Positions 1 through 10,187 of a DNA stretch of 64,000 nt are shown in pieces. Position 1 is the first letter of the stretch. Each line of letters opens with the position of its first letter. Location: the NCBI GenBank assembly GCA_965215195.1, contig CBDCDC010000002.1:4288001-4352000 (forward strand), read 5' to 3'. The notes below the pieces were generated by a model that was not told the DNA's origin, did no database searches, and saw only the letters and a program-made list of their open reading frames with translations. Source of the stretch: Candidatus Latescibacterota bacterium (GTDB lineage: Bacteria; Latescibacterota; UBA2968; UBA8231). Both the position numbers and the translations under genes were made by a program.

Positions 1-448
1 AGAGATCTACGCGACCGTCGTTGTCGTAATCTCCCGCGCAGACACCCATGCCATATCCTTCATCGCCGACGCCTGCTGCCGCGGTTATTTCTTCGAACTT
101 CCCATTGCCTCGGTTGCGATACAGGGCGTTTTGCGGTACGCGCCGCTCCAAAAAGCCCGGCAATGCGGCCCCATTGACCAAGTAGAGGTCTTCGTCGCCG
201 TCGCTGTCGTAATCGACAAAAGCCGCTCCCGAGCCATAGGTCTCCACGTAATAGAAGCGACCGCTGCCGCCGTTCACATGCACAAAGTGGATGCCGGCCG
301 CGGTCGTGGCATCGACGAATTTCGGCAGGGCCTTTCTAGCCAACTTGGGCTTGGGCGCAGTGGCTTTGGTCGCTGGAGCGGGAGTTTCATTTGAGCACCC
401 CGCGATCAGGGCCACACCCCAGCTAAAGAGAACCGCAACGATGGGCAT
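1..448 (-). CDS. CRTAC1/ASPIC-UnbV family FG-GAP repeat lipoprotein (runs off window start; absent from ORF track)
   Basis: Manual translation from ATG at 448: MPIVAVLFSWGVALIAGC (lipobox)...FVDATTAAGIHFVH...ETYGSGAAFVDYDSDGDEDLYLVNG...LYRNRGNGKFEEITAAAGVGDEGYGMGVCAGDYDNDGRVDL. Confidence 0.85.
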   Translation of the reverse strand, partial: MPIVAVLFSWGVALIAGCSNETPAPATKATAPKPKLARKALPKFVDATTAAGIHFVHVNGGSGRFYYVETYGSGAAFVDYDSDGDEDLYLVNGAALPGFLERRVPQNALYRNRGNGKFEEITAAAGVGDEGYGMGVCAGDYDNDGRVDL

Positions 449-489
449 GTACAAAGGGCACCTATCGCGGGAATCAGACTGCACAGGCG

Positions 490-3144
490 TTATTGCAATC
501 CGGCAAACATGCTCAGAAACAGCACCAGATCCGTCGTCGTCTCGTCGCGGAAATCGCGCCGCTCCCAGCGCCCGCCGATGTTGGTCATCAGGCGATAGCC
601 CAGATAGTCCGAGCGATTGGATAGCTGTGCAGCAATCACGAACTGTTCAAAATCATCTACGTATCCGGCGGGCAGCGGATCGGTGCGTGCAACCCTGTTC
701 CTAAAAATCTCGTACTCGATGCCAGACTCTAAGCGCATCGCGTTGATCAGCTCCTGCTGCCACACGAAGAAGAAAATTTCCGCCAGCTCGTCGTTCGCCA
801 GCTCGCTTTTATCCGTGGGCGAGCGCCGCTTGTAGAGTTGTTTCCACTTGGGCCACAGCACGTGTCGCCCCACCGGAATGGGCAGATCCGCCTTGGTGAT
901 CAGGGCGAAGAGCGTCTCGTCCTGCCAGTTTGTCGGCTGCTGGTCGCCGCGCTGGTGATAGATCTCGTACTTCAGCTTGGTCTCCAGATTGAACGGGGCG
1001 TATTTGCGCGTCCGCGCACTCAGAAAGGTGGTGTTGATCAGGGCATCCCGCGCGATCATGGGATCGGCAAAGGGGCGCATATCGCCCTGCGTGCGCGGAC
1101 TCTGCACCCACACAATGACGTCTTCGGGGATATTGTCCTCAACGCTGCGCAGGCCGTTGTAGAGCTGCATCTGCAAACCGTGGCGCGGCACCTCGTGCGT
1201 CAGGGTCAGCAAACCGTAGAGCGACTTGTTGCGGCGATTGCTGCTCAGCAGCCACTCGCGCATGCGACCGACCATTATGCGGCTGCCCGGCTTGATTTCA
1301 GCGCCGCCGTAGAGGTTGTAACCGCGGTGGTCGCGCGGATATGGATAGTCCGCTTCCTCGTCGTTCTCAAAGCGGTCGATCACCGTGTTGTTGTTCATGT
1401 CAGTGCCGTAGAGAAACTCCAGCGGATCGACATCGTAGCGCACAAAAGGCTCCAGATAGTCCGGCATGCCGTTGTCGTTTTGGTTGAAGTCCGACACGAG
1501 GTCGTTGTTTTCGTCGTAGCCGGGAAAGACCGCCACGTCAGCCCGCTGGATCAGCAAGCGCTCGGACGAGGAGCTGCTGAAGGTGCGCCGACGCCAGTCG
1601 GGAAAGCGGTCTTGGTCGTCGTTGTCGTCGACGAATTCATAGACGTTGTTTACAGAACTTTCGTAGTTAATGCGCCCGTTGCTGTCGGGCACGAACATAA
1701 AGGTCTGATAGCCCGGGTCCATGCTAAAAATTTCGCCATAGGCAAACCACGGGTACACATTGTGCGACGCCGTTGCGTAGTAGCCCTCGGCGCGCTCTTT
1801 TCCCAGCGCCTGATTGTAGGTGAAGTTCTGGTTGGGAAAGCGGCGGTATTTGCGGTTGATATTGTATTCGGCGCGCAAGTTAAACCCGCCGAAGAGGTCG
1901 TCGATTTCCATGGTGAGACCGGCGACTTCGTTGGCCGTCGGCAAGCCGTAGCTAAAGCGCACCACGCGCTGGTTGGAGCCGTCCTTGATATTCTTCTCCG
2001 CGCGGGCGACGGGCAAAAATACGGGCTCGCCCGTGTTGTTGACCTGCATATTGGAAGTGACTTCAACGGCGTAGTCGTTGGCCAAGACCAGCTCGATCTC
2101 GATCTTTTTGATTTCCTTGAAGTCGATGATTTCGTCTTCGTCGGGAATGGGCGTGAAGTCGCGCTCAATGTCGTAGGTAATGACGATGTTGTTGCCGCCG
2201 CTGGCCTCCCAGCGACCCTGCCGCCGAATGCCGCCGTCAACCAGCGCCCGGTCGGAAATTTCGGGATGCTCTACGCCATTTATGTACACGCGGTGCAAAA
2301 AGAGCAACGCCCCCCCTTCGCCGTCCTCGGGCGAATCGTCGGACAGACGCACCAAGAGGCGCTGCACGTTGCCCGCCTGTAGGTTGCCGCCGAGTGTGCC
2401 TTTGAGAGAGTTGTTGCCAAAGCTCTCCGAGCTGTTCCAGTGGCCGGCGTTGACGTAGGTGGTGCCCAGCTTGATAAAGTCGCCAACTTGGGCCGTGCCG
2501 CGCAGGCCGATCAGATTGGTGAAAATCGTGCGCACCGTGGCTCCTTGGTCGCGGTTGGTCGCCGTGGCTGCCAGAGCGGGGTTATCCGTGCGTGAGGCGA
2601 TTAGCGTCAGGGCGTATTTGTCGGAGAGGAAATCCCACTGCACGCCGTTGAACAGGGGTTTGGAAAAGGTCATCGGCGTCAGCGTCGTCCTCAGTTGCTC
2701 GCCCACGGTCAGGGCCATGTGGTATTGGCCTTGCGACGCCATTGAAATGACTAGGTTGTTGAACCAGTTGTTGAACTCCACGGACTTGTCGATCGCGCTG
2801 CCCGTTTCCGTGGGGTGCTGTTGCGCCCACTCGTAGATCTTCCAGCCGCGCGTGATGTAATTTCCGTAGATGTCGTAAAAGCGCTGGCCCTGCAGCACGA
2901 TGTCGGTATAGCGCTCGTAGCGATCTCTGGCGTAGTTGGTGTACTCCCAGTTTTTCCATCCGTAGATATCGTAGAGCGTCTGGGGCAGATACCATTTCCG
3001 CATAGTCGGCGCGATGGTCTGGGGCGATATCCGCACCCCACTGGTGACATAGGGGTTGAGAAAACCCGATTGCAGGCCTTCGGCTAACGCTCCACCTGCC
3101 AAAAGGCAACCCGTTAGCAGAGCACCGAAAAACTTCCGGCCCAT
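490..3144 (-). CDS. Large secreted hypothetical protein with acidic Ca-binding-like repeats; possible outer-membrane beta-barrel
   Basis: Start moved to MGRKFF (AGGGAGG upstream); signal peptide ending ALA-E; DDNDDQDRFPD, DENNDLVSDFNQNDNGMPD and DMNNNTVID motifs; amphipathic C-terminal strands. Confidence 0.75.
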   Translation of the reverse strand: MGRKFFGALLTGCLLAGGALAEGLQSGFLNPYVTSGVRISPQTIAPTMRKWYLPQTLYDIYGWKNWEYTNYARDRYERYTDIVLQGQRFYDIYGNYITRGWKIYEWAQQHPTETGSAIDKSVEFNNWFNNLVISMASQGQYHMALTVGEQLRTTLTPMTFSKPLFNGVQWDFLSDKYALTLIASRTDNPALAATATNRDQGATVRTIFTNLIGLRGTAQVGDFIKLGTTYVNAGHWNSSESFGNNSLKGTLGGNLQAGNVQRLLVRLSDDSPEDGEGGALLFLHRVYINGVEHPEISDRALVDGGIRRQGRWEASGGNNIVITYDIERDFTPIPDEDEIIDFKEIKKIEIELVLANDYAVEVTSNMQVNNTGEPVFLPVARAEKNIKDGSNQRVVRFSYGLPTANEVAGLTMEIDDLFGGFNLRAEYNINRKYRRFPNQNFTYNQALGKERAEGYYATASHNVYPWFAYGEIFSMDPGYQTFMFVPDSNGRINYESSVNNVYEFVDDNDDQDRFPDWRRRTFSSSSSERLLIQRADVAVFPGYDENNDLVSDFNQNDNGMPDYLEPFVRYDVDPLEFLYGTDMNNNTVIDRFENDEEADYPYPRDHRGYNLYGGAEIKPGSRIMVGRMREWLLSSNRRNKSLYGLLTLTHEVPRHGLQMQLYNGLRSVEDNIPEDVIVWVQSPRTQGDMRPFADPMIARDALINTTFLSARTRKYAPFNLETKLKYEIYHQRGDQQPTNWQDETLFALITKADLPIPVGRHVLWPKWKQLYKRRSPTDKSELANDELAEIFFFVWQQELINAMRLESGIEYEIFRNRVARTDPLPAGYVDDFEQFVIAAQLSNRSDYLGYRLMTNIGGRWERRDFRDETTTDLVLFLSMFAGLQ

Positions 3145-3185
3145 TTGTTCCCTCCCTTTTTTACTGCTGCACAACGCGTACTGGT

Positions 3186-5504
3186 TTAGTAGGCTAAACT
3201 AATGATGCGATATACCGACTGGTCGCCAGAGTCGGCTGCCATCTCGATGTGGCAGATGTACACACCCGGCGGCAAAACCGCTCCCGCCTCGTCCCGGCCA
3301 TCCCACGCGAAACCCGCGCTGCTCTGGTCGAGCGTCCGCAGGAGCGATCCGGTCAGATCGTAGATCGCCACGTTGGGATGGCCCTCAACTTGGACTACGA
3401 TAAAGTTGATTTGCGCTTCGTCGTTTACTCCATCGCCGTTGGGCGTAACGACCGGCGTCACCTGCACATGGCGCAGCAAACTCCCACCGGCTACATCGGG
3501 CACAAAAACGATCATCGAGCGCGGCTCTAAGGGTTCGACGCCTTGGCGCACATCCTGCTGGCTGTCCCCTGCCCAGGCCTCAAAGAGGGTGGCGTTGGTC
3601 GTTACCTGCGCAGTAAACTGCACTTCCACCGAGTCCTCCCGCACCCGCTCTGGCAGTCCGACTCGCAGCAGCCCGTCCGCTAGTTCAACTTCCTTCGGCT
3701 GTACGCGCTGGCCGCCGACTCGGACGCCAACCTCTTGCACAGCCCCCGGCACTTGGATAAAGACCTCGTCAAAGCCTTGGTCGTTGCGCGCCGAGGTCGG
3801 TTGCAGCAGATATGTAAAGCGTTGCAGCGAATCGAGGCCGACCTCGCGTGGCAATATGCGTGCGGCAATGCCGCCGCTAACGAGCGGATCGTCGAATGCT
3901 AAGGTCAGGGAGCGCAGCACCGGCGTTAGCTGCGGGTCGTCGTTGGCTAGGCGAACCTGTAGTTGCAAGAATTGTCTGGGCGTAGGCGAGAGGAATGCCT
4001 CTGCGGGAAAATCATAGGGCTGGCTCCAGCCGCTCCAATCCGGCCCTTTGAGCTTGAGGGTGTCGATGCGCCCGCGCACGCTCTTGGGCAGCTTACCAAA
4101 ACGGGCCGAATCCAGTTCGGTGCCGTTTTTGTGGTAATACTTCTTCTGGAGCTCAAAGGTATTGCCCGTCTGTGAGCGAATTTCGATCTGCGTACCGGCG
4201 GGTAGATCGGCGTCCCACGACAGCTTGCGCACGCTCTTCATGGAGCCTAGGTCGATGAAATCCGACACCATTTCCGTCGCCGCTACGTGCCCCTCGCCGT
4301 AGAGGATGTATTCAAAAATCGACTGGCGGATCTGCAAGCGCGTTGGAATGCCGCTGCGGTGGTAGAAGATGTAGCGGATTTTCCGCAGTGGGAATGCAAA
4401 GTGATACGACTGTTGGTTGGGGAATCTATCGTTGAATACGTCGCTGAGTTCCTCGTAGTCGAAATTGCTGCGAATGCGGTCGCTGGTCAGGCCGCTGGCC
4501 GGCGCGCCATCCGAGGTGGTGAGGATAAATAGCTTGGCCCCGTGCCCGTGGGAACCACGAGACCCCTCTCCGGCTCCGACAGTCAGGTCTAGGTGGGAAA
4601 GGTGATCCACCCAGAACGTGGTGCCCAGATCCCATTCGAACCAATCGCCGTCTTCGACGTAGGTCCTGAGATTGCCCTCCTTGGCTTGGTCGCCACCGAC
4701 GGCAACTCGCCAGTTGGTATTGACATCCCCGTCGAAGATCGTACCGATTTTGTCTGCGCTGCGCCCCGCTCGCACCGACCCGCCCCGTTCCACTGTACCT
4801 AGGGCGAGATTATCTCCGAGGGCATCCACTTCGATCTCAGCCAGTGCCGCGCCCGGATTCTTTTCCGTGGGTACTAGGCGCACGTGGTGGACGAGGTTAA
4901 AATTTAGCGTATCCCGCTCTATGAGATGTTCTCCGCTGGCCAGACCGAACTCAATTCGCTTCAGATCGACCTCAAAAACGCGCTCCACATTGGGCGTGGT
5001 GGTGACGGCGACCGGGTGGTAGGTTACGCCAAAGCGCGTATCGACACCGTTGCTTATGTACGTCGTGAAATTGCGAAAGGGCTTGGCGTCGGGTGTGTCC
5101 GGAAAGACAAAGCGCAACTTGTGCGCCAATACCGGCCGGCCGAGGTCGATTTCGATCCACCAATCGTCCAGCGGATCGTCGGCGGATGGCTGCCAGTAGG
5201 TCGATGGGTCTTGGTCAATGATATTAGCCGCATCTTGGGCGTTTGAATGGACTTGGCGGATGCCACCAAAAACCTGTTTCTTGCCCTCGCTGTGGGAAAA
5301 CTCTGCGGCATTGGCCACGGCGTTTATATTGCGGCGCATCCACGCTAGGCTGATGCTGCCGTCGTCGGCAATTTCCAGCGTACCTTGGGGAATGGTCCAC
5401 GTCTGCCAGTCCGCCGGGCTGCTCAGGCGCAGTTCGTCGGCATGGGCACCTGCTGTACACAGGGTGGCGACGAGCAAAATGCGAATCGCAGCGAATTTTC
5501 TCAT
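3186..5504 (-). CDS. Secreted protein, discoidin/F5-8-like N-terminal domain, C-terminal TPNGDGxND/FlgD-Ig (T9SS CTD-like) domain
   Basis: Signal peptide AHA-D; NIIDQDPSTYW...WWIEIDLG; C-term VTPNGDGVND...IYDLTG...WDGRD..G..LPPGVY...ISLAY. Confidence 0.8.
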   Translation of the reverse strand: MRKFAAIRILLVATLCTAGAHADELRLSSPADWQTWTIPQGTLEIADDGSISLAWMRRNINAVANAAEFSHSEGKKQVFGGIRQVHSNAQDAANIIDQDPSTYWQPSADDPLDDWWIEIDLGRPVLAHKLRFVFPDTPDAKPFRNFTTYISNGVDTRFGVTYHPVAVTTTPNVERVFEVDLKRIEFGLASGEHLIERDTLNFNLVHHVRLVPTEKNPGAALAEIEVDALGDNLALGTVERGGSVRAGRSADKIGTIFDGDVNTNWRVAVGGDQAKEGNLRTYVEDGDWFEWDLGTTFWVDHLSHLDLTVGAGEGSRGSHGHGAKLFILTTSDGAPASGLTSDRIRSNFDYEELSDVFNDRFPNQQSYHFAFPLRKIRYIFYHRSGIPTRLQIRQSIFEYILYGEGHVAATEMVSDFIDLGSMKSVRKLSWDADLPAGTQIEIRSQTGNTFELQKKYYHKNGTELDSARFGKLPKSVRGRIDTLKLKGPDWSGWSQPYDFPAEAFLSPTPRQFLQLQVRLANDDPQLTPVLRSLTLAFDDPLVSGGIAARILPREVGLDSLQRFTYLLQPTSARNDQGFDEVFIQVPGAVQEVGVRVGGQRVQPKEVELADGLLRVGLPERVREDSVEVQFTAQVTTNATLFEAWAGDSQQDVRQGVEPLEPRSMIVFVPDVAGGSLLRHVQVTPVVTPNGDGVNDEAQINFIVVQVEGHPNVAIYDLTGSLLRTLDQSSAGFAWDGRDEAGAVLPPGVYICHIEMAADSGDQSVYRIISLAY

Positions 5505-5522
5505 GGCACATCCTCGAAAGCG

Positions 5523-7472
5523 TTAGTAGGCCACCGCAATGGTGCGCGTGCGCGTGAAATCACCCGCGTCCGTCTCGACGGCAAGTCGGGCGAGGTATAG
5601 GCCCGGCGCCACGCGCCCCGTCCCCTCTCCCCGCCCATCCCACTCTTCGACATAACGCCCTTCGCTCCTCGAATCGGCCACTAGTGTGCGCACTTTGCGT
5701 CCGCGCAAATCGCAGATTGCAAAGACCACCCGGCTGGCCTGTACGCCCAGCAGTGAATAGGCCAGTTCAAGCGCGTCGTTGCGCCCGTCGCCATTCGGCG
5801 TCACTACGGCCGATCCCACGTCTAATGCGCTCAGCACCTCTAACCCCTCGCTCGGTGCCAGCACCTCGATGGAATTGGTCGATACCTCCGCGTTGGCATC
5901 TCCGGGATCGATAGATTGGGGCTGTCCTGCTCCCCCGACGACAAACACCTCGCCCTGAAACAGGGCGTTGAAACTGAAGATGCCCGTTTTGAACAGCAGC
6001 CGCAGGGGCCTGTTGTCTGCGGCCGCGATGCGATTGGACGGAAAATAGACGATCAGCTCGCTTTGTCTCTCCGCAATGCTGTCGGGCGCCACAGGGACCA
6101 AGGGGTCGCCCATTTCCAGTCCTATAAACTGGACGCGGGCCGGGGTGTGCAGCCTCAAGGCGTCAAAACCCGACTTGGTCGCCGACTCAAAGTCGGCCCG
6201 CACGTCAAAAGTGAAAATGCGCTCCTCGCCCAAGGGCACTTCCGTCTTGCGCCCGAGCGGCTGGGGTTCGTCCTGTAAGGCGACCTCCCCGACGACCGCA
6301 TCGACCAGCAGAGGCGAGTATTCTACGACCAGCGAATCCATCTGACCGTAGGTAAACAAATCCTCGCTCTTCATTGTGAAGTTGATTTTGAGATACTGCC
6401 GATTATCCGGCGAAAGGATCTCTAGGCCCTCGCCGCCGGACGCTTCTTGCGGCACCGACCAGAAGCTCCAGTTGTCCACGTCGGGCCGCTCCGGCCCCCG
6501 GGCTCTAGGGCGCACATAATCGTCGCGCGGCGCCTTATCCCATTCGGCAAAACTCACTTCGCGCTCGGTCCTCAGCTCGGTGTATATGCTGTAAATCTGT
6601 GGCGTATCGTCCCGGCCGGTCTGCGTTTCTAGCGAAAAGGAGATGGGATTTGCTGGCAAAAGTTCGGGTTCGCTGTCTATGCTCTCTTTGGAAAACCCGT
6701 TGAAATAGGGTATGGCCCGCCCGAAGTTGACCGGCTCGCCGATGTCGATCACCTTGGAGATGTATTGCGATTTTTGCACAAAACCCTCGCCGTAAAACTC
6801 CACCTCGGCGATGACGCCCAGTTGCGGGAAGTTTAAGAAAATGAACTGCAGGGGCTGGGTGGGAAAACGGGCATTGGCGATGCGCGTGGTCTGGTTGAGA
6901 TTCTGCTCCAGCAAAAGGTCAAACTGCCCTTGCTTAAAGCGCTCGCCATCAATGGCAGCCCAAACTTCATACAGCTTGGGATAGGCATTTTTGAGCGGCA
7001 AACCCGGCGTGATCCGCTTGCGGTCGTCGGTCTGCGTGCGCCCTTCGGCTGGAGCAAAAAAGCGGATGCGATTGATGGGCAATTCCCAACCTAGGTTGTA
7101 GTAATAAAAGCCGGAGACAATGGCTACTGACCGGGTCGTGTCGCCATCTACTGTATATATAAACCCATTATCTCCGAGGACCTCGGGCTGGCCGGGAATG
7201 AGGCGTGCGGCGTGCGGCCCAGCCCGTTCTCCCCCCCAGGGGTTGCCGAAGACATCCGCGCGCGAGCTGCCCTTCTTCTCGCCCAGCGCGATATTGACCG
7301 CTGGGTCCAATTCGTAGGGTTGCAGACTGCCGCCCACGACCCACATGCCGCCCATCAACTCGGCTAGTTCTTCCCAGCCGTTATCTCCTGTCCCCAGCAC
7401 CCATCGCTCTACCTGTGCCTCTGCAAAGCGAGGGGCCAATAGCAAAAGAGCTAGTGCCACTAGGTGCTTCAT
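5523..7472 (-). CDS. Secreted protein with C-terminal TPNGDGxND/FlgD-Ig domain (paralog 2)
   Basis: Signal peptide AEA-Q; VTPNGDGRND...DLRGRKVR...WDGR...APGLY...IAVAY. Confidence 0.8.
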   Translation of the reverse strand: MKHLVALALLLLAPRFAEAQVERWVLGTGDNGWEELAELMGGMWVVGGSLQPYELDPAVNIALGEKKGSSRADVFGNPWGGERAGPHAARLIPGQPEVLGDNGFIYTVDGDTTRSVAIVSGFYYYNLGWELPINRIRFFAPAEGRTQTDDRKRITPGLPLKNAYPKLYEVWAAIDGERFKQGQFDLLLEQNLNQTTRIANARFPTQPLQFIFLNFPQLGVIAEVEFYGEGFVQKSQYISKVIDIGEPVNFGRAIPYFNGFSKESIDSEPELLPANPISFSLETQTGRDDTPQIYSIYTELRTEREVSFAEWDKAPRDDYVRPRARGPERPDVDNWSFWSVPQEASGGEGLEILSPDNRQYLKINFTMKSEDLFTYGQMDSLVVEYSPLLVDAVVGEVALQDEPQPLGRKTEVPLGEERIFTFDVRADFESATKSGFDALRLHTPARVQFIGLEMGDPLVPVAPDSIAERQSELIVYFPSNRIAAADNRPLRLLFKTGIFSFNALFQGEVFVVGGAGQPQSIDPGDANAEVSTNSIEVLAPSEGLEVLSALDVGSAVVTPNGDGRNDALELAYSLLGVQASRVVFAICDLRGRKVRTLVADSRSEGRYVEEWDGRGEGTGRVAPGLYLARLAVETDAGDFTRTRTIAVAY

Positions 7473-7487
7473 GCTCAGTTTTCCGCG

Positions 7488-9380
7488 TTAATAGGCTACG
7501 TGGATTAGGCGCATGCGGTTGACTTCGTCGGCAGCCGCCTCTATCGAGGCTCTTGCGATATAGGTCCCCGGTGGCACCACAGCGCCGGCATTGTTCGTTC
7601 CGTCCCAGTGCCACTGGGTATAACGTCCGGCGGTTAGGGCATCGGAGAGCACGTTTTTTATTAAGCGACCCGAAAGATCGTATATGAGCAGTTCGGCCGC
7701 GACGGGCTGCACCAAGTGGATGAGCACAAAAGAGAAGATGGACGAATCGTTTATGCCATCGCCATTGGGCGTTATAGCCGGCGGAGAAACGGAAAAGGAC
7801 TGCAGTACGCTTTCGCCGCTGGCGAGGAAAATTACCTCCTGCGAATCCGTGCCCACTTCCCGCGTCGCGTCGCCTTCGGCAATGCGCTGGGGAAGGCTGC
7901 CGGTCGTATCTAGAAGTTGTCCCGTAAACTGGGTGGCAAAGAGCAGGGCTTGCGAGCGAAACGTAATCCGCAGACGCATGTCTTCTCCGGTGCTAATGCG
8001 CCGGGACGGAAAGTAAACGCGCAAACCCGTATCGTCCACGCGCACGCTATCCGGCTGTATTTCCGTTAATTCGTCCCCCATTTCGAGCTTGAGAAACTCG
8101 GGCTGTATCAGCGTTGAGATGCGCACGCCGTCAAAGCCCGTTCCCGCGCCCAAGTCGGCCTTTATGTCGTAGGTAAAAACCGTATCCCGACCGGCCGGAA
8201 CGGACGCGCGCCCACCGGCCGGAAAGGGATCGTCCAATAGAGCCACTTCGCTCCATGCCCGCGCGGCCAGCGGCGGCGTATGCACGATGGCTAGGCTATC
8301 GACCTGCATGCTCGCGGAGGTATTGCCCTCAAAGCGCAGGCGCACTTGAAAAAAATCGCGCGGCCCCGGCAGATCCAGCGGAATGGAGAACGCGCCGCTG
8401 GAGTCGGCGACGAGCGGCTCCGTCCAGGAGGACCAGTGCGTGGCGTCCGGGCGGATGCTGCCCTTGAGGACTGACGGTAGGTCGTCGTACTCTTCTTTGC
8501 TGACCAGCACTTCCGACTGGGTCTCTACGTCGGCGATCTGGTAGTAGTCGAGAGGCGTTTGGTCCGTGCCGTTGCGCATCTGCACGATCACCCGCACTTG
8601 CTCGTCGGCACCCGCGCTGCTTTCGCCTTCCTCGGACAGCGAAACTTTGCGCGCGCGAAAAGTCAATGCGCCGTAGTTGACGGGCTGGGCAAACTGGATG
8701 AGCTGGGTTTCGTAGAGCCCACGCGGCACAAAGCCTTCGCCGTGGACCTCGATTTCCGCCAGCTCAAAGGGGTTGGGTGAAAGCACTCTGAGTTGAATAA
8801 AGCGCACCAGTTGCGTTGGGAAGCGCGCATCCACTCTTGGATCGCGGTTGATCGTCACTTGGCGCACGGCCTCGTAAACGGGCGAGTCATTGGCGTCGAA
8901 AGTGCGCCCGTCATTGAGTGATATTTCGTAGCCAGCGACGAACTCATCCTCTCCTGCACGCGGGTAAAATACAATCTGGCTAACTGGGAACGAAGCCCCG
9001 AGATCTAAGAAAAAAATGCGTCCGCGCTGATTGACCCCCACTTCCTTAAAGCGATTTTCCGTGCTGGTCGTGCCATCTCCGTCCACCAGAACCTCAGACC
9101 CTGCAATGCCCCGCGCCGAATTGTTCCACACCCGTCCGTTGCCCTCGGCGATAAAGCTGCTGGGTGCGCCGACCCCCCAGACGATGAACTGAGTTATATT
9201 CTGATCGAGTGAAAAGCTGGCCGGCCCCAAGACTTGTCCTGCGCCTACTACTACCCCCGCCATAGTCTGCGCCGGCTCGGCCCAGTCTTGCCCGCCCAAG
9301 CCGACCCCCCAGACATCGGCTCGCAGGTCCGCCGCCCCAATACAGAACGGCAGGATTAGCCCGACCAAGGAAGCCCTCAT
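7488..9380 (-). CDS. Secreted protein with C-terminal TPNGDGxND/FlgD-Ig domain (paralog 3)
   Basis: Signal peptide; ITPNGDGIND...IYDLSGRLIK...WDGTNNAG..VPPGTY...IHVAY. Confidence 0.8.
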   Translation of the reverse strand: MRASLVGLILPFCIGAADLRADVWGVGLGGQDWAEPAQTMAGVVVGAGQVLGPASFSLDQNITQFIVWGVGAPSSFIAEGNGRVWNNSARGIAGSEVLVDGDGTTSTENRFKEVGVNQRGRIFFLDLGASFPVSQIVFYPRAGEDEFVAGYEISLNDGRTFDANDSPVYEAVRQVTINRDPRVDARFPTQLVRFIQLRVLSPNPFELAEIEVHGEGFVPRGLYETQLIQFAQPVNYGALTFRARKVSLSEEGESSAGADEQVRVIVQMRNGTDQTPLDYYQIADVETQSEVLVSKEEYDDLPSVLKGSIRPDATHWSSWTEPLVADSSGAFSIPLDLPGPRDFFQVRLRFEGNTSASMQVDSLAIVHTPPLAARAWSEVALLDDPFPAGGRASVPAGRDTVFTYDIKADLGAGTGFDGVRISTLIQPEFLKLEMGDELTEIQPDSVRVDDTGLRVYFPSRRISTGEDMRLRITFRSQALLFATQFTGQLLDTTGSLPQRIAEGDATREVGTDSQEVIFLASGESVLQSFSVSPPAITPNGDGINDSSIFSFVLIHLVQPVAAELLIYDLSGRLIKNVLSDALTAGRYTQWHWDGTNNAGAVVPPGTYIARASIEAAADEVNRMRLIHVAY

Positions 9381-10111
9381 TGCCTATTCACTAGTTCGGG
9401 CGGTGGCTGAAACCCCTTAAACACCTCGCGCTGAAAGTGAAAGGTCAGATCCTTGGTCTGCACGGGCTCGTTGCGGTAATTGTAGCGCAGTGCAATGCCT
9501 CGGACGTGGATGGAAAACTCCGTCACGTCCGGGGCTAGGCTCGGAAAAACGACAAAACCCTCTGCCTCTTGGCCGCTGAAGATGATCTGCTCCTGAAACA
9601 TAGTGCGCTTGAGCACGTCCTCGCGCTCGTTAAAGCGCCGGTATTCGTTGCCGGCATATCCCTGAATAAACGAATAGTAGTATTCTAGGAGCTGCAGTGG
9701 TTCTAAGGGCGCGTACTTGCGATACCCATCCTTTGAAACCAGCTCGATCTCGAGGGGATCGACGCCGACTTTGGGGTAGGCGTAGTTTTTAACTTTTAGC
9801 AGCCACACGCTGTGTTTGGGCGGCGTCCACTCTTCGCCCATGCGCTTCCAGTCGCCGAAAGTGTAGGGATTGGTCGATACGGGCCCCTGGGTGGAGTGCT
9901 GGGGGAATTTGCGGTTCAATTCGGCGTCGGTCATAGGGCGCAGACCGATCTCCAGCCGCTCGAACGAATAGGTGATCAAGCCATCGTCTTTAATCACCAT
10001 ATCGGCCTCCTGTTGCCCTTGCGGGGCTGGCTGAATTGGCCCGTCGAAATAACGCCCACATCCTGCCAACATCGCTAGGGAACAAAGCCACGAACCACAC
10101 CGCACCATCAT
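9377..10111 (-). CDS. Hypothetical lipoprotein
   Basis: Start MMVRCG after GAGG; lipobox LAGC; stop overlaps next start (ATGA). Confidence 0.75.
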   Translation of the reverse strand: MMVRCGSWLCSLAMLAGCGRYFDGPIQPAPQGQQEADMVIKDDGLITYSFERLEIGLRPMTDAELNRKFPQHSTQGPVSTNPYTFGDWKRMGEEWTPPKHSVWLLKVKNYAYPKVGVDPLEIELVSKDGYRKYAPLEPLQLLEYYYSFIQGYAGNEYRRFNEREDVLKRTMFQEQIIFSGQEAEGFVVFPSLAPDVTEFSIHVRGIALRYNYRNEPVQTKDLTFHFQREVFKGFQPPPELVNRQ

Positions 10112-10136
10112 GTTAACCTCGGGAAGTATAATTGTA

Positions 10137-10164
10137 TTGGGCGGCGGCATCTGCCGCCGCCCAA
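10137..10164. terminator. GC-rich hairpin downstream of the 10188-11114 gene (terminator or mRNA stabiliser)
   Basis: ttgggcggcggca-tc-tgccgccgcccaa inverted repeat; no strong U-tract. Confidence 0.6.
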
Positions 10165-10187
10165 CCTGTGGTCAAAGGACCGTTCAG

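Noticed and set aside
838-2382. 514-aa plus-strand ORF and the many other long antisense or alternate-frame ORFs in the track
   Set aside because: Shadow ORFs of GC-rich genes on the opposite strand or frame; no motifs or ribosome-binding sites.
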